Positions 36,219-37,548 of a DNA stretch of 37,548 nucleotides are shown in pieces. The stretch's first letter is position 1; the number at the start of each line of letters is the position of its first letter. A program made the position numbers and the translations under genes. The notes under the pieces are model-generated. The model did no database searches. It worked only from the letters and a program-made list of their open reading frames with translations, and had not been told where the DNA came from. Source of the stretch: an uncultured Acetobacteraceae bacterium (lineage in GTDB: Bacteria > Pseudomonadota > Alphaproteobacteria > Acetobacterales > Acetobacteraceae); NCBI GenBank assembly GCA_903839965.1, contig CAIMEK010000224.1, positions 1 through 37,548 of the forward strand, written 5' to 3'.

Positions 36219-37548
36219 GTTTTGCCGCCTCCTGCCCGGCGATGCGGCCGAACACCGTGCCGATCGTCATGCCGAAGCCGGCGAGGTAGCCGCGGCCGAG
36301 GATGTTTCCCGCCATGATCTCCCCGGCGGCGAACAGGTTGGCGGTGGGGCGGCCGTCCTGCATCAGCACTTGCGCCCGCTCGTTCACCTGCACGCCGAGA
36401 TAGGTGAAGGTGATGCCGGGACGCAGCGGGTAGCCGCTGAAGGGCGGCACCTCGATCGTGCGGGCCCAGTTGGTTTTGGGCGGGTCGAGCCCCTCGGTCC
36501 GGCAGCCATCGAGCGCGGTGGCGTCGAACTCTCCGGGCTGCACGGCGGCGTTGAAGCCGCGCATGGTGGCTGCCAGCGCCTCCGCGTCTAGGCCGAGGCG
36601 GTGGGCAAGGTCGGCCAGCGTGTCGGCGGTGATGGCGGGGAACACCGATGGCATGAACAGTTCGGCGGATTTGGAGTCGATGATGGCATAGGCGATCTGG
36701 CCGGGCTGCTGGGCGACCAGACGGCCCCAGATGGCGTAGCGCTTGGGCCAGACGTCCTCGCCCTCGTCATAAAAGCGGCGGGCGTCGCGGTTCACCACGA
36801 TGCCGAAGGGCACGCAGTCCAGCCGGGTGACGATGCCGCCGTCGTAGTTCGGGGCGCGGGCGTCGATGGCGACGGCGTGGCACTGGGTCGGGTCGCCGAC
36901 CGAGGCGACGCCCTGGTCCAGCAGGTTCCGCAGCACTCGTCCGCGGTTGTACGGGGTGCCGCGAACGCGGAAGTTCTCCGCCGCCTCGCCCCAGTACTGG
37001 GTCAGCCATTGCAGGTCGGACTCGAAACCGCCGCTGGCCACGACGACGCATTTCGCGTGCACGGTGGCGGGGAAGCCGTGGCTGGTGATGTCGACCGCGC
37101 CGACGGCGCCCTCGGCGAGCTGCAGGTTGAGAACCTCGGTGTCGTACAGCACGTCGATGCCGAGCCGGGCGGCACAGCGGTAGTAGGCGTTCAGCAGCGC
37201 CTTGCCGCCGCCGAGGAAAAAGGCGTTGGTGCGGCCGAGGTTCAGCGTGCCGGTGAGCGCGGGCTGGAAGTTCACGCCGTGCCGCGCCATCCACGGCAAG
37301 GCGGCCGCCGAGGCGCGGATGGTCATGCGCGCGAGGCCCTCGTCGGTCTGCCCGCCGGTGACGCGCAGCAGGTCGTCCCAGTATTCCGCCTCGGCATAGG
37401 CGCCGGTGAGCACCGCGGTGGGCCGCTCGTGCATGGCCCGGACGTTGCGGGTGTGGCGGGAGTTGCCGCCGCGGACGTCGGTGGGCGCATGCTCGGCCAG
37501 CAGCACCCGCGCACCCGCCTCGCGCGCGGTGAGGGCGGCGCACAGGGC
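36205..37548 (-). CDS. tcuA: FAD-dependent tricarballylate dehydrogenase (5' end outside window)
   Basis: RGGNSRHTRN, TNAFFLGGGKAL, DGGIVTRLD, DEGEDVWPKRYA.WGR, GYLAGFGMTIG. Frame open to the window edge. Confidence 0.94.
   Translation of the reverse strand, partial: ALCAALTAREAGARVLLAEHAPTDVRGGNSRHTRNVRAMHERPTAVLTGAYAEAEYWDDLLRVTGGQTDEGLARMTIRASAAALPWMARHGVNFQPALTGTLNLGRTNAFFLGGGKALLNAYYRCAARLGIDVLYDTEVLNLQLAEGAVGAVDITSHGFPATVHAKCVVVASGGFESDLQWLTQYWGEAAENFRVRGTPYNRGRVLRNLLDQGVASVGDPTQCHAVAIDARAPNYDGGIVTRLDCVPFGIVVNRDARRFYDEGEDVWPKRYAIWGRLVAQQPGQIAYAIIDSKSAELFMPSVFPAITADTLADLAHRLGLDAEALAATMRGFNAAVQPGEFDATALDGCRTEGLDPPKTNWARTIEVPPFSGYPLRPGITFTYLGVQVNERAQVLMQDGRPTANLFAAGEIMAGNILGRGYLAGFGMTIGTVFGRIAGQEAAKHALS

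Overview
High-GC alphaproteobacterial chromosomal segment. The gene content (aroK-aroB fusion, hpnABCDE-shc, C4-pathway hemA, gcrA) suggests Acetobacteraceae/Rhodospirillales, which is an inference. It is mostly core genome: an ABC-2 exporter with a histidine phosphatase, a metallophosphoesterase, an HldE-like protein, accA, xerD, aroKB, two orphan solute-binding proteins, hpnN, a DMT transporter, coaE-dnaQ, an HpcH aldolase, DUF1489, an SDR, hemA, the hopanoid operon, an acetamidase, gcrA and tcuAB. I saw no CRISPR array, rRNA, tRNA or transposase. The least explained items are: (1) a translationally coupled pair of degenerate GGDEF/EAL-like paralogues, one with a 4-Cys tail; (2) a radical SAM enzyme with a duplicated ~97-aa N-terminal domain; (3) a small secreted His/Lys-rich Asr-like peptide; (4) a TA-flanked palindromic MITE/REP-like family in three copies; (5) a gcrA promoter with a perfect DnaA box and NrdR-like boxes; (6) an HldE paralogue lacking the HxGH motif; (7) a 49-aa membrane microprotein upstream of xerD that the ORF track missed. 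All calls come from reading motifs by eye; no searches were run.
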